Part shown: piece after piece, positions 9,378 to 20,217 of the stretch | How positions within the stretch are numbered: the stretch's first letter is position 1 | Layout of the letters: each line of letters opens with the position of its first letter | Source of the DNA: an uncultured delta proteobacterium | GTDB lineage: Bacteria > Myxococcota_A > Polyangia > Fen-1088 | Reading direction: 5' to 3' | NCBI GenBank assembly: GCA_963796685.1 | Contig: CAWCMR010000005.1 | Coordinates: 192,001-256,000, forward strand | Length of the DNA stretch: 64,000 bases | Position numbers and translations under genes: made by a program | Notes under the pieces: generated by a model | Told to the model about the DNA's origin: nothing | What the model saw: the letters and a program-made list of their open reading frames with translations, nothing else | Databases searched by the model: none

Positions 9378-11621
9378 ATGAGACGGGTCGCACGCTTTGT
9401 GATTGCTCTGCTGGCTTCCGGGGCCTTGCTGGCCTGGGTGGCTGCTGCCGTGGTCGAGCGCACGACGCGACGATGGTTCGAGGAAGACATCGTCTCGCGT
9501 GCCAGCGCGGTGGGAAACAGCGCGCGCCATGAGCTGCTTTCGCACTGGTCGCCCGCGCAGAGCGACGCCCTGACCCATATCCTGGACAACATCGCCGGCG
9601 AGGAACGCATCATGGCCGCGGCAGCGTGTTCGGTCGGCATGGAAATGCTCGCGCACTCGCCCCTCATGCCACCCAAGATCTCCTGCCCGGCCATCGGCAA
9701 GCGCATGGCCGAAAGCCGCGCCCGGGTCGAGCCTTCCGCCGAGCCCAGCCCGGTCTGGGGAGCCGTGTGGGGCCTGCCCGGCGGCGACGTTCATGTCAGC
9801 GCGGTCCCCCTGGTGCGCGAGGACCAGCTGCAGGGGTATTTGATTCTCGTGCACGACCTCTCGTTCGTCGAGCGCCGCGAGGCCAAGACCAAGAGCTTCC
9901 TGTTCCTGACCTTCGGGCTCCTCGTCCTCGGCGCTTCGGTCATCACCATCGTGGCGGCGCGCCTGTCGTGGCGCGGGTTCCGCAAGGAGCTCCGCCGCTT
10001 CATTCAGGGCGAATCGCAGCGCAAGGAATTCCTGCCCATCATTCACGACGTGCGCGAGCTGGTCGAACGCCTGGCCGCCGAACGCGAGCTCGACGGACAG
10101 AGCGGCGCCTGGAGCCCGCAACGTCTCAAGCAGACCCTGGTGCGCCACTTCCCGGGCGAAAAGGTCATCGTGCTCGCCAACCGCGAGCCCTACATTCACG
10201 ATCGCCAGAAAGACGGCACCATCCAGGTTCGGCACCCGGCCAGCGGTCTGGTCACCGCGGTCGAGCCCGTGCTGCGCGCTTGCTCGGGGGTGTGGGTTGC
10301 CCACGGCAGCGGCACCGCCGACCACGACGTCGTGGATCGCAAGGATCACGTGCGCGTGCCCCCGGACGAGAAATCCTATTCCCTGCGCAGGGTGTGGCTC
10401 ACCGAGGAAGAGAACCGCGGCTACTACTACGGCCTGGCCAACGAAGGCCTGTGGCCGCTGTGCCACCTGGCCCACATGCGCCCGCTCTTTCGCGGCAACG
10501 ACTGGGCCGCCTACACCGCGGTCAATCGCAAGTTCGCCGAGGCGGTGTGCAAGGAGGCCGAGTCGGACGATCCGGTGGTGCTGGTGCAAGACTACCACTA
10601 CGCCCTGGCGCCGCGCCTCATCCGCGAGCGCCTACCGCGCGCCACCATCATCACCTTCTGGCACATCCCCTGGCCGAACTCCGAGCGCCTCGGCATTTGT
10701 CCCTGGCCCACCGAGCTTCTGGAAGGCCTGCTCGGCAGCAGCATCCTGGGCTTCCAGACGCAGCTCTACTGCAACAACTTCTTCGATTCCGTGGACCGCT
10801 ATCTCGAGGCGCGCATCGATCGCGAACAGAGCGCCGTCGTCCAGCGCGGGCAATCGACCCTCATCCGGCCCTACCCCATTTCCATCGCCTGGCCCAGCGA
10901 TTGGGCACAAAGCGCGCCCGCCGTCGAGGAATGCCGGCGCGCCGTGTTCGCCGAGCTGGGCTTGGGCCCGGACGCCCTGCTCGGCGTCGGCGTGGATCGC
11001 CTCGACTACACCAAGGGCATCGAAGAGCGCTTCTTCGCCGTCGAGCGTCTGCTCGAGCGCTTCCCCGCCTACATCGGCCGCTTCACCTTCGTGCAGTTGG
11101 CAGCCCCCAGCCGCACCCTCATCGAAAACTATCGGCAGCTCGACGAGACGGTCGAGAAGACCGCGAAGCGTATCAACACCCGCTTCGGCAGAGCGGGCTA
11201 CGAGCCCATCCGGCTCTTGCGCACCCACCACGAGCCCCCGACGGTGTTCCGATTCTACCGCGCCGCCGACGTGTGCTACGTCAGCAGCTTGCACGACGGC
11301 ATGAACCTGGTGGCCAAGGAATTCGTGGCCGCGCGCGACGACGAGCGCGGCGTGCTGGTGTTGAGCCAGTTTACCGGCGCGGCCCGCGAGCTGGCCGAGG
11401 CCCTGGTGGTCAACCCCTACGACCTCGAGGAAGCCAGCTCGGCCCTGGCGTCGGCGCTGACCATGCCGGCCGAGGAGCAGCGCGACCGCATGCACGCCAT
11501 GCGCGCCTTCCTGGCCGAGTTCAACGTGTACCGCTGGGCGGGCGGCATGTTGATGGACGCCGCGCGCTTGCGCAAGAAGGAAGACGTCCGTGGGCGCGTC
11601 GGCGAGAAATTGTCCCGGTGA
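9378..11621 (+). CDS. otsA: Trehalose-6-phosphate synthase with an N-terminal two-TM extracytoplasmic extension
   Basis: [42 protein letters not shown] (GT20) motifs; two hydrophobic segments in the first ~200 aa. Confidence 0.9.
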   Translation: MRRVARFVIALLASGALLAWVAAAVVERTTRRWFEEDIVSRASAVGNSARHELLSHWSPAQSDALTHILDNIAGEERIMAAAACSVGMEMLAHSPLMPPKISCPAIGKRMAESRARVEPSAEPSPVWGAVWGLPGGDVHVSAVPLVREDQLQGYLILVHDLSFVERREAKTKSFLFLTFGLLVLGASVITIVAARLSWRGFRKELRRFIQGESQRKEFLPIIHDVRELVERLAAERELDGQSGAWSPQRLKQTLVRHFPGEKVIVLANREPYIHDRQKDGTIQVRHPASGLVTAVEPVLRACSGVWVAHGSGTADHDVVDRKDHVRVPPDEKSYSLRRVWLTEEENRGYYYGLANEGLWPLCHLAHMRPLFRGNDWAAYTAVNRKFAEAVCKEAESDDPVVLVQDYHYALAPRLIRERLPRATIITFWHIPWPNSERLGICPWPTELLEGLLGSSILGFQTQLYCNNFFDSVDRYLEARIDREQSAVVQRGQSTLIRPYPISIAWPSDWAQSAPAVEECRRAVFAELGLGPDALLGVGVDRLDYTKGIEERFFAVERLLERFPAYIGRFTFVQLAAPSRTLIENYRQLDETVEKTAKRINTRFGRAGYEPIRLLRTHHEPPTVFRFYRAADVCYVSSLHDGMNLVAKEFVAARDDERGVLVLSQFTGAARELAEALVVNPYDLEEASSALASALTMPAEEQRDRMHAMRAFLAEFNVYRWAGGMLMDAARLRKKEDVRGRVGEKLSR

Positions 11622-12454
11622 AGAACATCCTGGCAAAAGAGCAGCAGTCCATCCTCGGCGGCTTTGCCCAAGAGCACGTCTTGCTGGCCTTCGACTTCGA
11701 CGGCACGCTGGCCCCGATCGTCCGCGATCCAAAGGCCGCGGCCATGCGGGCGCGCACCGGGGCGCTGCTGGCCAAGGTGGCCAAGCTCTACCCGTGCGCG
11801 GTCATCTCCGGCCGCGCGCGCGCTGACGTCCTGAAGAAGGTCCACGCCATTCCCCTGCGCGCCGTGTTCGGCAACCACGGCATGGAGCCGTCGCCCAAGC
11901 TGCGCGTGTGGCGGCGGCTGGCCACCCGATGGCAGGCCCGGCTCACGTCCGAGCTGCCGCCCATCGCCGGGTTGGTCATCGAGAACAAAGGGGTCAGTCT
12001 CGCCGTCCACTACCGCAAGGCGCGTGCGCGCGCCGAGGTCCGACGCCTGGTTCTCGACGCCGCGGCCGAGTTGCGCGGTACGCGCATCATCGAGGGCAAG
12101 ATGGTGGTGAACGTCCTGCCCGCCGGCGCCCCGGACAAAGGCACCGCCCTCATGAGCCTGCGCAAGCGCCTGCGCTGCGAATCCGCCATCTACGTCGGCG
12201 ACGACGACAACGACGAAGACGTCTTCGCCCTGGCCCGGCAAATTCGCCTGCTTGGCATTCGCGTCGGCCGCTCGCCCCGCTCGCAGGCGGCCTGCTTCGT
12301 GCCCGGCCAACGGGCCATCGACCAACTGCTCGCCAAGTTGGCCCAAGCCCGCCGGCCGCCAGGCGCACCGCGGGCTATTGAAATTCCTGCCCGGTCAGCT
12401 GTTCCAGCGTCTGCCGGAGGTCGCGCAGATCGAAGGGCTTGGGTAGCAGGGTGA
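11618..12454 (+). CDS. otsB: Trehalose-6-phosphate phosphatase
   Basis: GTGA overlap with otsA; HAD motifs FDFDGTLAPI, ISGR, GNHG, DKG, YVGDDDNDEDVF in the 3' part of ORF 9626..12454. Confidence 0.9.
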   Translation: MKNILAKEQQSILGGFAQEHVLLAFDFDGTLAPIVRDPKAAAMRARTGALLAKVAKLYPCAVISGRARADVLKKVHAIPLRAVFGNHGMEPSPKLRVWRRLATRWQARLTSELPPIAGLVIENKGVSLAVHYRKARARAEVRRLVLDAAAELRGTRIIEGKMVVNVLPAGAPDKGTALMSLRKRLRCESAIYVGDDDNDEDVFALARQIRLLGIRVGRSPRSQAACFVPGQRAIDQLLAKLAQARRPPGAPRAIEIPARSAVPASAGGRADRRAWVAG

Positions 12455-14855
12455 CGTGGGCATGGGCCTCGACCAGGTCGATGGCCGCCTGGTCGGCGCG
12501 GCCCGTGGCCAGCAGCACGGGCACGCGGGGCAGCAAGGAGCGGATGCGTGGCAGGGTGGCGGCGCCGTCCATGCCCGGCATGTTCATGTCGAGAATGACC
12601 AGGTCCGGTGCAAAACCGTCGGCGATCATGGCCAGGGCGCCTTCGCCTCCGGTCACGGAGGTGGCGTCGTGGCCAAGGTTCTTCAGCAACCGGCGGATGG
12701 CGTGTTGAAGAAGCTCGTCGTCGTCGACGACGAGAATTCGTAGCGCCTTCTGCTCCTGCCTGGGCTGCGCTTCGACCGTCGCCTTGGACTCCTCGACGCC
12801 GGGATTGCAGACCGGGAAGTACATTCTGACCTGGGTTCCCTTGCCCACCTCGCTGAGGAGCTCCATGTTTCCCTGGTGGGCCTTCACGGTGCCGAAGACG
12901 ATGGGCAGGCCGAGACCGGTTCCCTTGCCCTGGGGCTTGGTGGTGAAGAAGGGATCCAGCGCCTTGTCCAGCACCTCTTTGGGCATGCCGCTTCCGGTAT
13001 CCGCCACCTCCAGAACGATGGTGTCGTCGGCCTGGTTGCGGGTCCGCACGGATAGGGTGCCACCGTCGGGCATCGCATCCACCGCGTTCACGCACAGATT
13101 CATGAGCGCGTGGCCGAGGGCCGCCGAGTCGCCGCGCAGATGAAGGAGATCCTTGCAGAGATCCGTCTCGAGGTGAATCCGCTGCAGGGTCGTTCGCTCG
13201 AGCAGGGCCACCGCTTCCCGTACCACCACGTTCAAATCCAGCTCACGCTCCTCGGGCAAGCTATCGCGGGCAAAGCCCAAGAGTCCCCGCACCATGGAGC
13301 CGCCCCGCTCGCACGCCTTGACGATGGTCTCCATGTCCTTGCGCAGGACCGAGCCTTGCGGGGCATCGACGAGGTGAATGCTGGCCAGCCCGAGAACGGC
13401 TCCGAGCACGTTGTTCATGTCGTGCGCGACGCCGCCCGCCAGCGCCCCCAAGCTCTCCATCTTTTCATTGTGCCGCGCCTGGGCCTCGTAGCGCAGACGC
13501 TCCTTTTCGAGTCGGGTGCGTTCGCTGAGATCGCGAAGGCTGGCCACGGTGTGCAGACCTCCCCCGCGCTCGTAGGTCGAAAGGTGGATCTCCATGGGGA
13601 ATTTGGTCCCGTCCCTGCGCAGGCCGGTCGCCTCGTACCGCGTGGGGACGTCCGCTCCCTGCGCGCGGGCTTCCATGTTGGCGAGCACCGCGTACCGACT
13701 CTCGGGGGCGATGAGGTCGAGCAACGAAACCCCGACCAAGTCTTCGGCCCGCTGGTAACCGAACATGGAAAGAAACGCCGGATTGACCATCTCGTGTAGG
13801 CCGTGTTGCACGACCCCGATGGCGTCCTGCGAGCTTTCGAAGATGGCGCGCAATTCCGCCTCGCGCTCGGCCAGCGCCCTGTCCGCCTTCTTGCGCTCGG
13901 CGATGTTGCGCGCGATCCCGAAGATGCCCACGATGCGCCCGTCCTCGCCGCGGATGCCCGTGGCCGTGACCTCGGTCCAGATCGTCGAGCCATTCTTGCA
14001 CCGCTCTTCGAGCTCGCGTCTGAACTCGGGGAACGGATCGTTTCGGGCCGCGGCCTCGACGACGAGGCGAAGCTCCTCGCGCGCCAGGGCCGCCGAAGCC
14101 GGGATGAAGGCCTCTTCCAGCGTCATGCCCATCAACTCGGCCGGCGTGTAGCCGCGGACCTTCTGCACGGACGGGCTGACGAAGGCGAAGCGGCCCTGGA
14201 AATCCAGGGTCCAGATCTCGTCCACCGCGTTCTCGATGAGCAGGCGGTAGCGCTCCTCGCTGGCCTGCAAGGCTTGCAAGGTTCCCCGAACCCGCTGGCG
14301 CTCGCGGTTGAACCCGCCTTGAACCACCCAGAGGATCAACGCCGACAAGGACATGCTGATCAGATAACCGCTGGACACGTCCAGCAACCGATCGACAGGC
14401 GACTGGAAGGCCCGAGGAATCGCCGGCCAGGTGAACTCGATGAGGTGCAGGGCGATGATGTTCGCTACCAGCGCCATCATGCCGACGATGCGAAAGCCCC
14501 GCTTGAAGAAGAGGACCAGGAACAGCCCGGCCGTGAAGAAATAGAGACCGATGCTGCCTTGAGAACCACCGTTGGGAAACCAGATGAGGTCGAGCAGGAC
14601 GACCAGGCAGATGAGATAGGCCTTCTTGTAGTAGCGCCCCCTGCGAGCCGCCCAGGCAGATGCCAGGGAGACGAAGGCGAAAGCGATGATCCCACGGTCT
14701 ATCCACGGACTAAGGTTCTGGAGGTAGTTCAGCGGAAGGATGACGAAGAGGCAGATGACCCCGCCGAGCAGGCACAGGGTCTGGAAGAGCTGGTCCTCCA
14801 GGGGCAGGCTGGAATCCGAGACCAACCGCCGCTTCCAATCTTTCAAGTCAGGCAT
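12375..14855 (-). CDS. Membrane-bound hybrid histidine kinase (TMs, two PAS domains, HisKA/HATPase, receiver)
   Basis: AGGVAHDMNN H-box, NAVDAM, DTGSGM, FFTTKPQGKGTGLGL, receiver VVDDD...LDMNMPGMDG...PKPF. Confidence 0.92.
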   Translation of the reverse strand: MPDLKDWKRRLVSDSSLPLEDQLFQTLCLLGGVICLFVILPLNYLQNLSPWIDRGIIAFAFVSLASAWAARRGRYYKKAYLICLVVLLDLIWFPNGGSQGSIGLYFFTAGLFLVLFFKRGFRIVGMMALVANIIALHLIEFTWPAIPRAFQSPVDRLLDVSSGYLISMSLSALILWVVQGGFNRERQRVRGTLQALQASEERYRLLIENAVDEIWTLDFQGRFAFVSPSVQKVRGYTPAELMGMTLEEAFIPASAALAREELRLVVEAAARNDPFPEFRRELEERCKNGSTIWTEVTATGIRGEDGRIVGIFGIARNIAERKKADRALAEREAELRAIFESSQDAIGVVQHGLHEMVNPAFLSMFGYQRAEDLVGVSLLDLIAPESRYAVLANMEARAQGADVPTRYEATGLRRDGTKFPMEIHLSTYERGGGLHTVASLRDLSERTRLEKERLRYEAQARHNEKMESLGALAGGVAHDMNNVLGAVLGLASIHLVDAPQGSVLRKDMETIVKACERGGSMVRGLLGFARDSLPEERELDLNVVVREAVALLERTTLQRIHLETDLCKDLLHLRGDSAALGHALMNLCVNAVDAMPDGGTLSVRTRNQADDTIVLEVADTGSGMPKEVLDKALDPFFTTKPQGKGTGLGLPIVFGTVKAHQGNMELLSEVGKGTQVRMYFPVCNPGVEESKATVEAQPRQEQKALRILVVDDDELLQHAIRRLLKNLGHDATSVTGGEGALAMIADGFAPDLVILDMNMPGMDGAATLPRIRSLLPRVPVLLATGRADQAAIDLVEAHAHVTLLPKPFDLRDLRQTLEQLTGQEFQ

Positions 14856-14957
14856 CGACCATCACTCCAAGACACCGGGCCTGCCTCGAGCGGCGACGCC
14901 GGAGAGTCCATGGTAGACCGGAAATGGGGAGACCACCACCCGAGGCCCACAATTCCG

Positions 14958-15920
14958 CGATAGCCGCAGAAGGTCGTGGCCCTCCGCGCCGCTCCGAGGG
15001 TACTTCTTTCCGCGCCGCTCCGAGGGTACTTCGGGCACGCGCCACTCCGAGGGTACTTCTCCGTGCCGTGTGCCGTGGCCGTGGCCGGTTGAACCGCGGG
15101 TTCTCCGCTCCGAGGGTACTTCTCACGGGTTCTCCGCTCCGAGGGTACTTCTCAGAAGGTCGCCTAGCCCCGCTCCCCTAGCCCCGCTCCGAGGGTACTT
15201 CTCAGAAGGTCGTGGCCGGGCACGCGCCACTCCGAGGGTACTTCTCCGTGCCGTGTGCCGTGGCCGTGGCCGGTTGAACCGCGGGTTCTCCGCTCCGAGG
15301 GTACTTCTCACGGGTTCTCCGCTCCGAGGGGGCACGCGCCGCTCCGAGGGTACTTCTCAGAAGGTCGTGGCCGTTGGGGGGAACGCGCCGCTCCGAGGGT
15401 ACTTCTCCGGGGCACGCGCCGCTCCGAGGGTACTTCTCAGAAGGTCGTGGCCGTTGGTCGTGGTCGTGGCCGGTTGTAATTACCCTCGGTCGGCTGTAAT
15501 GCTGTAATTACCCTCGGCCACGCCCACGGCCACGGTAAGCGTCTACGTCCACGACCACCGTCATCGCTCCCTCCGCGCCGCTCCGAGGGTACTTCTTCCG
15601 CGCCGCTCCGAGGGTACTTCGGGCACGCGCCGCTCCGAGGGTACTTCTCCGTGCCGTGTGCCGTGGTCGTGGCCGTGCGCGGGTTCTCCGCTCCGAGGGT
15701 ACTTCTCACGGGTTCTCCGCTCCGAGGGTACTTCTCAGAAGGTCGCCTAGCCCCGCTCCCCTAGCCCCGCTCCGAGGGTACTTCTCAGAAGGTCGTGGCC
15801 GTGGTCGTGGTCGTGGCCGGTTGTAATTACCCTCGGTCGGCTGTAGTTACCCCTCGGTCGGCTGTAGTTACCCACGGCCACGGCCAAGGCCACGGTAAGC
15901 CGGTTACGTCCACGACCACC
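14958..15920 (+). repeat. Complex REP-like array: about 17 direct copies of CTCCGAGGGTACTT interleaved with GGCCGT/GGTCGT-family sequence
   Basis: Hand count of motif copies; spacers recur and vary in length; includes a larger internal duplication (~15035-15145 again at ~15220-15330). Confidence 0.9.
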
Positions 15921-16113
15921 CGTCATCGCTCCGATTGGGTGCGTGCATCCGTCGTGGAAAGGTGTCTCTTTCTGGTACCTTCCGCGCCGTCGCTCTTCTT
16001 GTCGAAGTGACAGCCACTCGACCCGTGGGCGGCATTCTGGTAGGTTGTGCGGGCCGTGGGTACCATGTCCTACCCCTCCCGCGGACGCGATCCTCATGAG
16101 CAGGAGAATGCCG

Positions 16114-16845
16114 GTGACAAACGATCCAAGAAACCGCCTCCGTGGAATGGCCCTCGTTGCGGGTCTGTGCATCGGACTTCCGCTGGCGGCTTGTCACCCC
16201 AAACCTCCGCAGGCCCAGCCCTCCGATCAGCTCACCGGGAACGACGCGAAGTTCATCGAGCGCATGGAAAAGATGCGCGCGCGCGCGAAGAACGCCCCGG
16301 GCGGCGCCACCGAAGCCTCGGACTTTGCCGCCTATGTGACCATGCTGTACACGCAGGGCGTTGCCAAGCGCCGCTCGATTTCACCAGAGCTCGTCGATGA
16401 GGCCGTCCAGTGCCTCGACCGCGCCAGCGAAGCCAAGCCGGACGACGCTCCCGATTTGCTGATACGCAAGGGTGAGCTGCTCCTGGCCGCGGACAAGGGC
16501 CAACTCGGCGTGAAGGCCTTGCGCGAGTCGGTCGCGCTTCGGCCATCGCTGCGGGCTTTCAATCCGCTGGCCAAGGTCTACGCGGCGGAGAAGCAATCGA
16601 CCGAGCTGGTCGCCCTGTGCAAGAAGACCTTGCCGGCGATGAAGTCCGACGAGAGCCGCTACGCCTTGCTCGACGATTGCCTCAAGTACAGCGGCGCGAC
16701 CGCACCCGAGGTAGGCCTCGGCTGGGCCCCGCCCAAAGAGCTGGCCTTTTACAAAACCCGCCGCCGCGAGCTGGAAGCCCGCCTGGAAGCGGCGAGCAAA
16801 CAACGGGCCAAGGAAGAGCGAAAGGAAGCCAAGGAAAAGCGCTAG
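16114..16845 (+). CDS. Lipoprotein with helical/TPR-like repeats
   Basis: AGGAG 7 nt before GTG at 16114; lipobox-like LPLAAC; helical amphipathic sequence. Confidence 0.7.
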   Translation: MTNDPRNRLRGMALVAGLCIGLPLAACHPKPPQAQPSDQLTGNDAKFIERMEKMRARAKNAPGGATEASDFAAYVTMLYTQGVAKRRSISPELVDEAVQCLDRASEAKPDDAPDLLIRKGELLLAADKGQLGVKALRESVALRPSLRAFNPLAKVYAAEKQSTELVALCKKTLPAMKSDESRYALLDDCLKYSGATAPEVGLGWAPPKELAFYKTRRRELEARLEAASKQRAKEERKEAKEKR

Positions 16846-16995
16846 CCCCTCCGAGGGTACTCCTCGTCGGCTCGTGCTAGCCCCTCCTAGGGTACTCGCT
16901 AGCCCTCCGTGCTAGCCCCTCCGAGGGTACTCGCTAGCCCATCCGTGCTAGCCCCTCCGAGGCTACTCCTCCCGCTAGCCCCTCGTCGCTAGCCC
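16841..16995 (+). repeat. Tandem GCTAGCCCC(T) units with CCGAGGGTACT copies
   Basis: About 8 CTAGCCC copies and several GGGTACT motifs. Confidence 0.8.
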
Positions 16996-17066
16996 CGGCG
17001 GTCCCCGCCCCCGCGGATTGGATTTGGTCTCGGGTGCAGGTCCCCTCGATGAGGCCCCCAGGAAGT

Positions 17067-17369
17067 TCAGAGGCGGCGTCCCCAGTAGGCTGGGCGGCGG
17101 CTGTGGTGAGCGATTGCGACGATTTGGATCCGTTCGTCGACCACGCGATAGACGACCGAGAAGGGAAATCGCCGGACGATGTGGCGCCGAGCGCAGGCGA
17201 AAGCGGGCCATCGCTGTGGGGCCGCGACGATCGTGGCGATTGTGTCGTCTACGGCGAGGACGAATTTCGCACCGAGACCACGCTGCCGCCGCTCGTACCA
17301 GCGAGCCGCTAGGCGCAAGTCCAGCGTCGCCTCGGCGTGAATGCTGTATGGCTTCTTAGGGTCGGGCAC
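17067..17369 (-). CDS. RelE/ParE-family toxin
   Basis: AARWYERRQRGLG...RRFPFSVVYRV...IVAIAHHSRRPAYW; downstream of an addiction-module antitoxin; start codon uncertain. Confidence 0.85.
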   Translation of the reverse strand: MPDPKKPYSIHAEATLDLRLAARWYERRQRGLGAKFVLAVDDTIATIVAAPQRWPAFACARRHIVRRFPFSVVYRVVDERIQIVAIAHHSRRPAYWGRRL

Positions 17370-17374
17370 GGAGG

Positions 17375-17596
17375 TCAGCAAGGATTCTCGTCTCGGACCT
17401 CGTCCCAGTCGCGAAGGACAGCACGGCCAGCGTCGACATCGGCGCAACGTCGTTCGATCTCGGCGGCCCACGCCTGCTCGATTTCCGCTGAGGCAAAGCC
17501 GCCATGCAAGCTCGCGGCCAGTTTGTCCACTAGCATCTCCCGATCTTTCTCAGGAAGCTCAAGCGCAGCTTCCAGGATTTCCTGCGACTGCCGCAT
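17375..17596 (-). CDS. Addiction-module antitoxin (TIGR02574-like)
   Basis: ILEAALELP..DR..L...L..SL...AWAAEIERR motif. Confidence 0.85.
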   Translation of the reverse strand: MRQSQEILEAALELPEKDREMLVDKLAASLHGGFASAEIEQAWAAEIERRCADVDAGRAVLRDWDEVRDENPC

Positions 17597-17769
17597 GGTT
17601 TGAGTTTAGCGCGTCCACGAGCAGGAGGGAGCATCATTCTGCAGGGTCTCCGTCTCCTATCCCTCGGCTCCTATCCGAGGGTACTTGCTCCGGCTCCTAT
17701 CCGCGGGTACTTCTGCACGAGGGTAATTCTGCGCGCAACTTTCCTGGCAGCGCTTCCGAGAACCCACGC

Positions 17770-18720
17770 ATGACCCTCCCTCGCCAAGTCGTGCCCGGTC
17801 GTGACTACATGATAACCCGCCGCTGTTCCGAGCGGCGTTTCTTCCTGCGCCCGGACGAGGACACCAACAACGCCTTCATCTATTGCCTCGGTTTGGCCGC
17901 CCAACGTGCCAAGGTTCAGGTCACCTTCTCGGTCGCCATGTCGAACCATCACCACACAGGCATCCACGACCCCGACGGCAATTTCCCTATCTTCACCGAG
18001 CACTTCCACGGACTTCTCGCCCGCTGCCAAAACGCGCACCTCGGCCGCTTCGAGAACTTCTGGTCCTCCGAAGCGACCTCGATCGTCAGACTCGTCGAAG
18101 CCAACGACATCATCGAAAAGATGACCTACGCCTTTGCCAATCCCTCCGCCGCTGATTTGGTCGACACCATCGAGGAATGGCCAGGCGTCGCCACGTTCGA
18201 CGCTACCCTCTCCGGTGGTTGCGTCACCGCCACGCGCCCCAAGCACTTCTTCCGCGACGACGGTGGCATGCCCGACGTCATCAACCTGCGCATGGCCAGG
18301 CCCCATGGCTTCGAGAAGCTCGAGCCAAGCGAGTGGTCCAAGCTCATCACCGAGCGTCTCCGGGCCAAGGAGGCCGACCACCGACAAAGACGAGCAGCCC
18401 AAGGCATCACCGTGCTTGGCCGCGAGCGCATCCTCCGACAGAAGCCGTCTGATTGTCCGGATGGCCATGCCCCTCGCTTTCAGATGAGCCCTCAAGTCGC
18501 CGCCAAGAACAAATGGGCGCGGATTGAGGCCTTGCTTCGCAATCGCGGTTTCATCGAAAGGTACCGGGCGGCGTTCTTGGCCCACGTCTCTGGACTGGCC
18601 GACGTACTGTTTCCATTTGGAACCTACTGGATGCGGAAGGTCGCCAAAGTTGCATGTGAAGCTGCGGAGGTGGTCGAGGCAGCAACCCGAGACCCGGCGG
18701 CCAGTCCTGCGCCCGCATAG
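17770..18720 (+). CDS. REP-associated tyrosine (HUH/Y1) transposase-like protein (RAYT)
   Basis: PRQVVPG..YMITRRC, MSNHHH HUH motif, ENFW, YAFANP..A.LV...EEWP; flanked by inversely oriented GAGGGTA repeats. Confidence 0.8.
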   Translation: MTLPRQVVPGRDYMITRRCSERRFFLRPDEDTNNAFIYCLGLAAQRAKVQVTFSVAMSNHHHTGIHDPDGNFPIFTEHFHGLLARCQNAHLGRFENFWSSEATSIVRLVEANDIIEKMTYAFANPSAADLVDTIEEWPGVATFDATLSGGCVTATRPKHFFRDDGGMPDVINLRMARPHGFEKLEPSEWSKLITERLRAKEADHRQRRAAQGITVLGRERILRQKPSDCPDGHAPRFQMSPQVAAKNKWARIEALLRNRGFIERYRAAFLAHVSGLADVLFPFGTYWMRKVAKVACEAAEVVEAATRDPAASPAPA

Positions 18721-18897
18721 CCGGCACTCTCTACTCCCGTCAAAGGCGACCAGAGACGCCAACGCGCCCTGGCACGGGCCTACCTGAATGCTGGGGCCAC
18801 GAGACTGCCGCACATCGGATGCGCACACCAGACGGCAGAAAGGCTGCCATTCCACGCACGGATGTCCCCGCACGACGCTATTCCCCCTTACCGTCGG

Positions 18898-19215
18898 TGC
18901 GGGCTCCACGCGGTGCGGGATCCCCAGATTTACCCTCGGTACGGACTCCCCTGCGGGCTCCACCGGGCTCCCCAGATTTACCCTCGTACGGACTCCGCCA
19001 TGAGATCACAATCTGTGATCTCAAGTTGGGGCGGCCGTCGCACGCCGCCCAGCTCTCCTTGGACGGGTCGTCAGTTGTCAGAACCTGGCCCAACCTGATG
19101 CCTTTCCTGAGAGTTGCGGGACTTGGATCTAGTCTCGGATGCTTGTGGAAGAAAGTTGCTTCAAAAGTACCCTCGGAGAGGAGGAACCTGGAGAAAAGTA
19201 CCCTCGGAGAGGAAC
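18898..19215 (-). repeat. Right-hand inverted copies of the RAYT-associated repeat
   Basis: Two CCCCAGATTTACCCTCG(G)TACGGACTCC units near 18923 and 18970; AAAGTACCCTCGGAGA near 19165 and 19195. Confidence 0.75.
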
Positions 19216-19219
19216 CTGG

Positions 19220-19375
19220 GATCACCAGCGACGGCTTCTTGTCATCGTGGAAAGGACACAGCCCGATCAAGTCCGCCCCGTGCCGCTTCAGCTCCACGCC
19301 CCGCGCCTCCGCCAGCCTCTGGATGGAGACCTGGCTTTTCAGCCGCTCGAGCTCGACGTCAGGGACACGTGCCAT
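19220..19375 (-). pseudogene. 5' fragment of the CHC2 zinc-finger primase
   Basis: MARVPDVELERLKSQVSIQRLAEARGVELKRHGADLIGLCPFHDDKKPSLVI is near-identical to the intact primases, then runs into REP sequence. Confidence 0.9.
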
Positions 19376-19552
19376 CGGAGATCCTCCGGAAAGCTGTCAA
19401 GGGCAAAACGTGGTTTTCACGCCCTCGAAAAGTATCATTGCACCCTGGACATGGAATAGTCCATAGTGGAATATAGTTTCATATGGAATATGCCGTCAGC
19501 CCACGGGGCCGGGCAGATCTGGGCTTACGATCTCGACAGCAAGGAGATCGCT

Positions 19553-19969
19553 GTGAAGAAAGGTCAGGCCACTTTGCTCAAGGACGTAGCCGACACCGGA
19601 CAGCCTGCCAATCGGCTGGCCACTGTCCGCAAAGCTCGCGGGGTGACTCAGGTCGACCTATCTGCCCGTCTCGGCATCACCCAGTCCATGTTGTCGAAGT
19701 ACGAGCGAGGTGATCTTCGCCTCCACGGCAACATGCTGGCGCAGCTCGCCGAGATTCTGTCGGTTTCCACCGACGAGCTTCTCGGCGTCCACGTCACGCC
19801 CCTGGCGACGCCGCCAGCGCTCAAGGACAAGCGACTGCGCCACCGCATTCACCAGATTGACCGTCTGTCCAAGCGCGATCGCGAGGCTCTCATCAGGACC
19901 ATCGATGCCTTCATCGGACGCGCTGAAATCGCCAACAATGATTCGGACTCACGGCGCAAGGCCGGATGA
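19553..19969 (+). CDS. XRE-family HTH repressor (element C variant)
   Basis: RLATVRKARGVTQVDLSARLGITQSMLSKYERG; AAGGAG RBS; divergent from the primase. Confidence 0.85.
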   Translation: MKKGQATLLKDVADTGQPANRLATVRKARGVTQVDLSARLGITQSMLSKYERGDLRLHGNMLAQLAEILSVSTDELLGVHVTPLATPPALKDKRLRHRIHQIDRLSKRDREALIRTIDAFIGRAEIANNDSDSRRKAG

Positions 19970-20004
19970 GGCACCATCAGCTAAAATCACCACCGGAGAT
20001 CGTC

Positions 20005-20208
20005 ATGGCCGCACCTGCACCTCAGCAGCTCTTCGAGAAGATCGCTCGTCTACCTCCTGCCCGTGTCGCAGAGGTCGAGGACTTCGTGGACTTCCTCGCC
20101 CTACGGAATACCGATCGTCAGCTCGCCCATGCCGCCGCCGCAGCTTCCGTGCCGGCCTTTGCCAAGGTCTGGGACAATCCCGAAGACGACGTCTACGACC
20201 AGACATAA
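20005..20208 (+). CDS. DUF2281-like antitoxin
   Basis: LFEKIARLPPARVAEVEDFVDFL...WDNPEDDVY; paralog at 29233. Confidence 0.75.
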   Translation: MAAPAPQQLFEKIARLPPARVAEVEDFVDFLALRNTDRQLAHAAAAASVPAFAKVWDNPEDDVYDQT

Positions 20209-20217
20209 GGGTCCACC

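Noticed and set aside
9626-11617. 942-aa ORF as one protein
   Set aside because: The 5' part is an off-frame overlap of otsA; only the part from 11618 is OtsB
14985-15790. CRISPR array
   Set aside because: The repeat is only ~14 bp, spacers recur and vary widely in length, there are no cas genes, and the motif also flanks the RAYT
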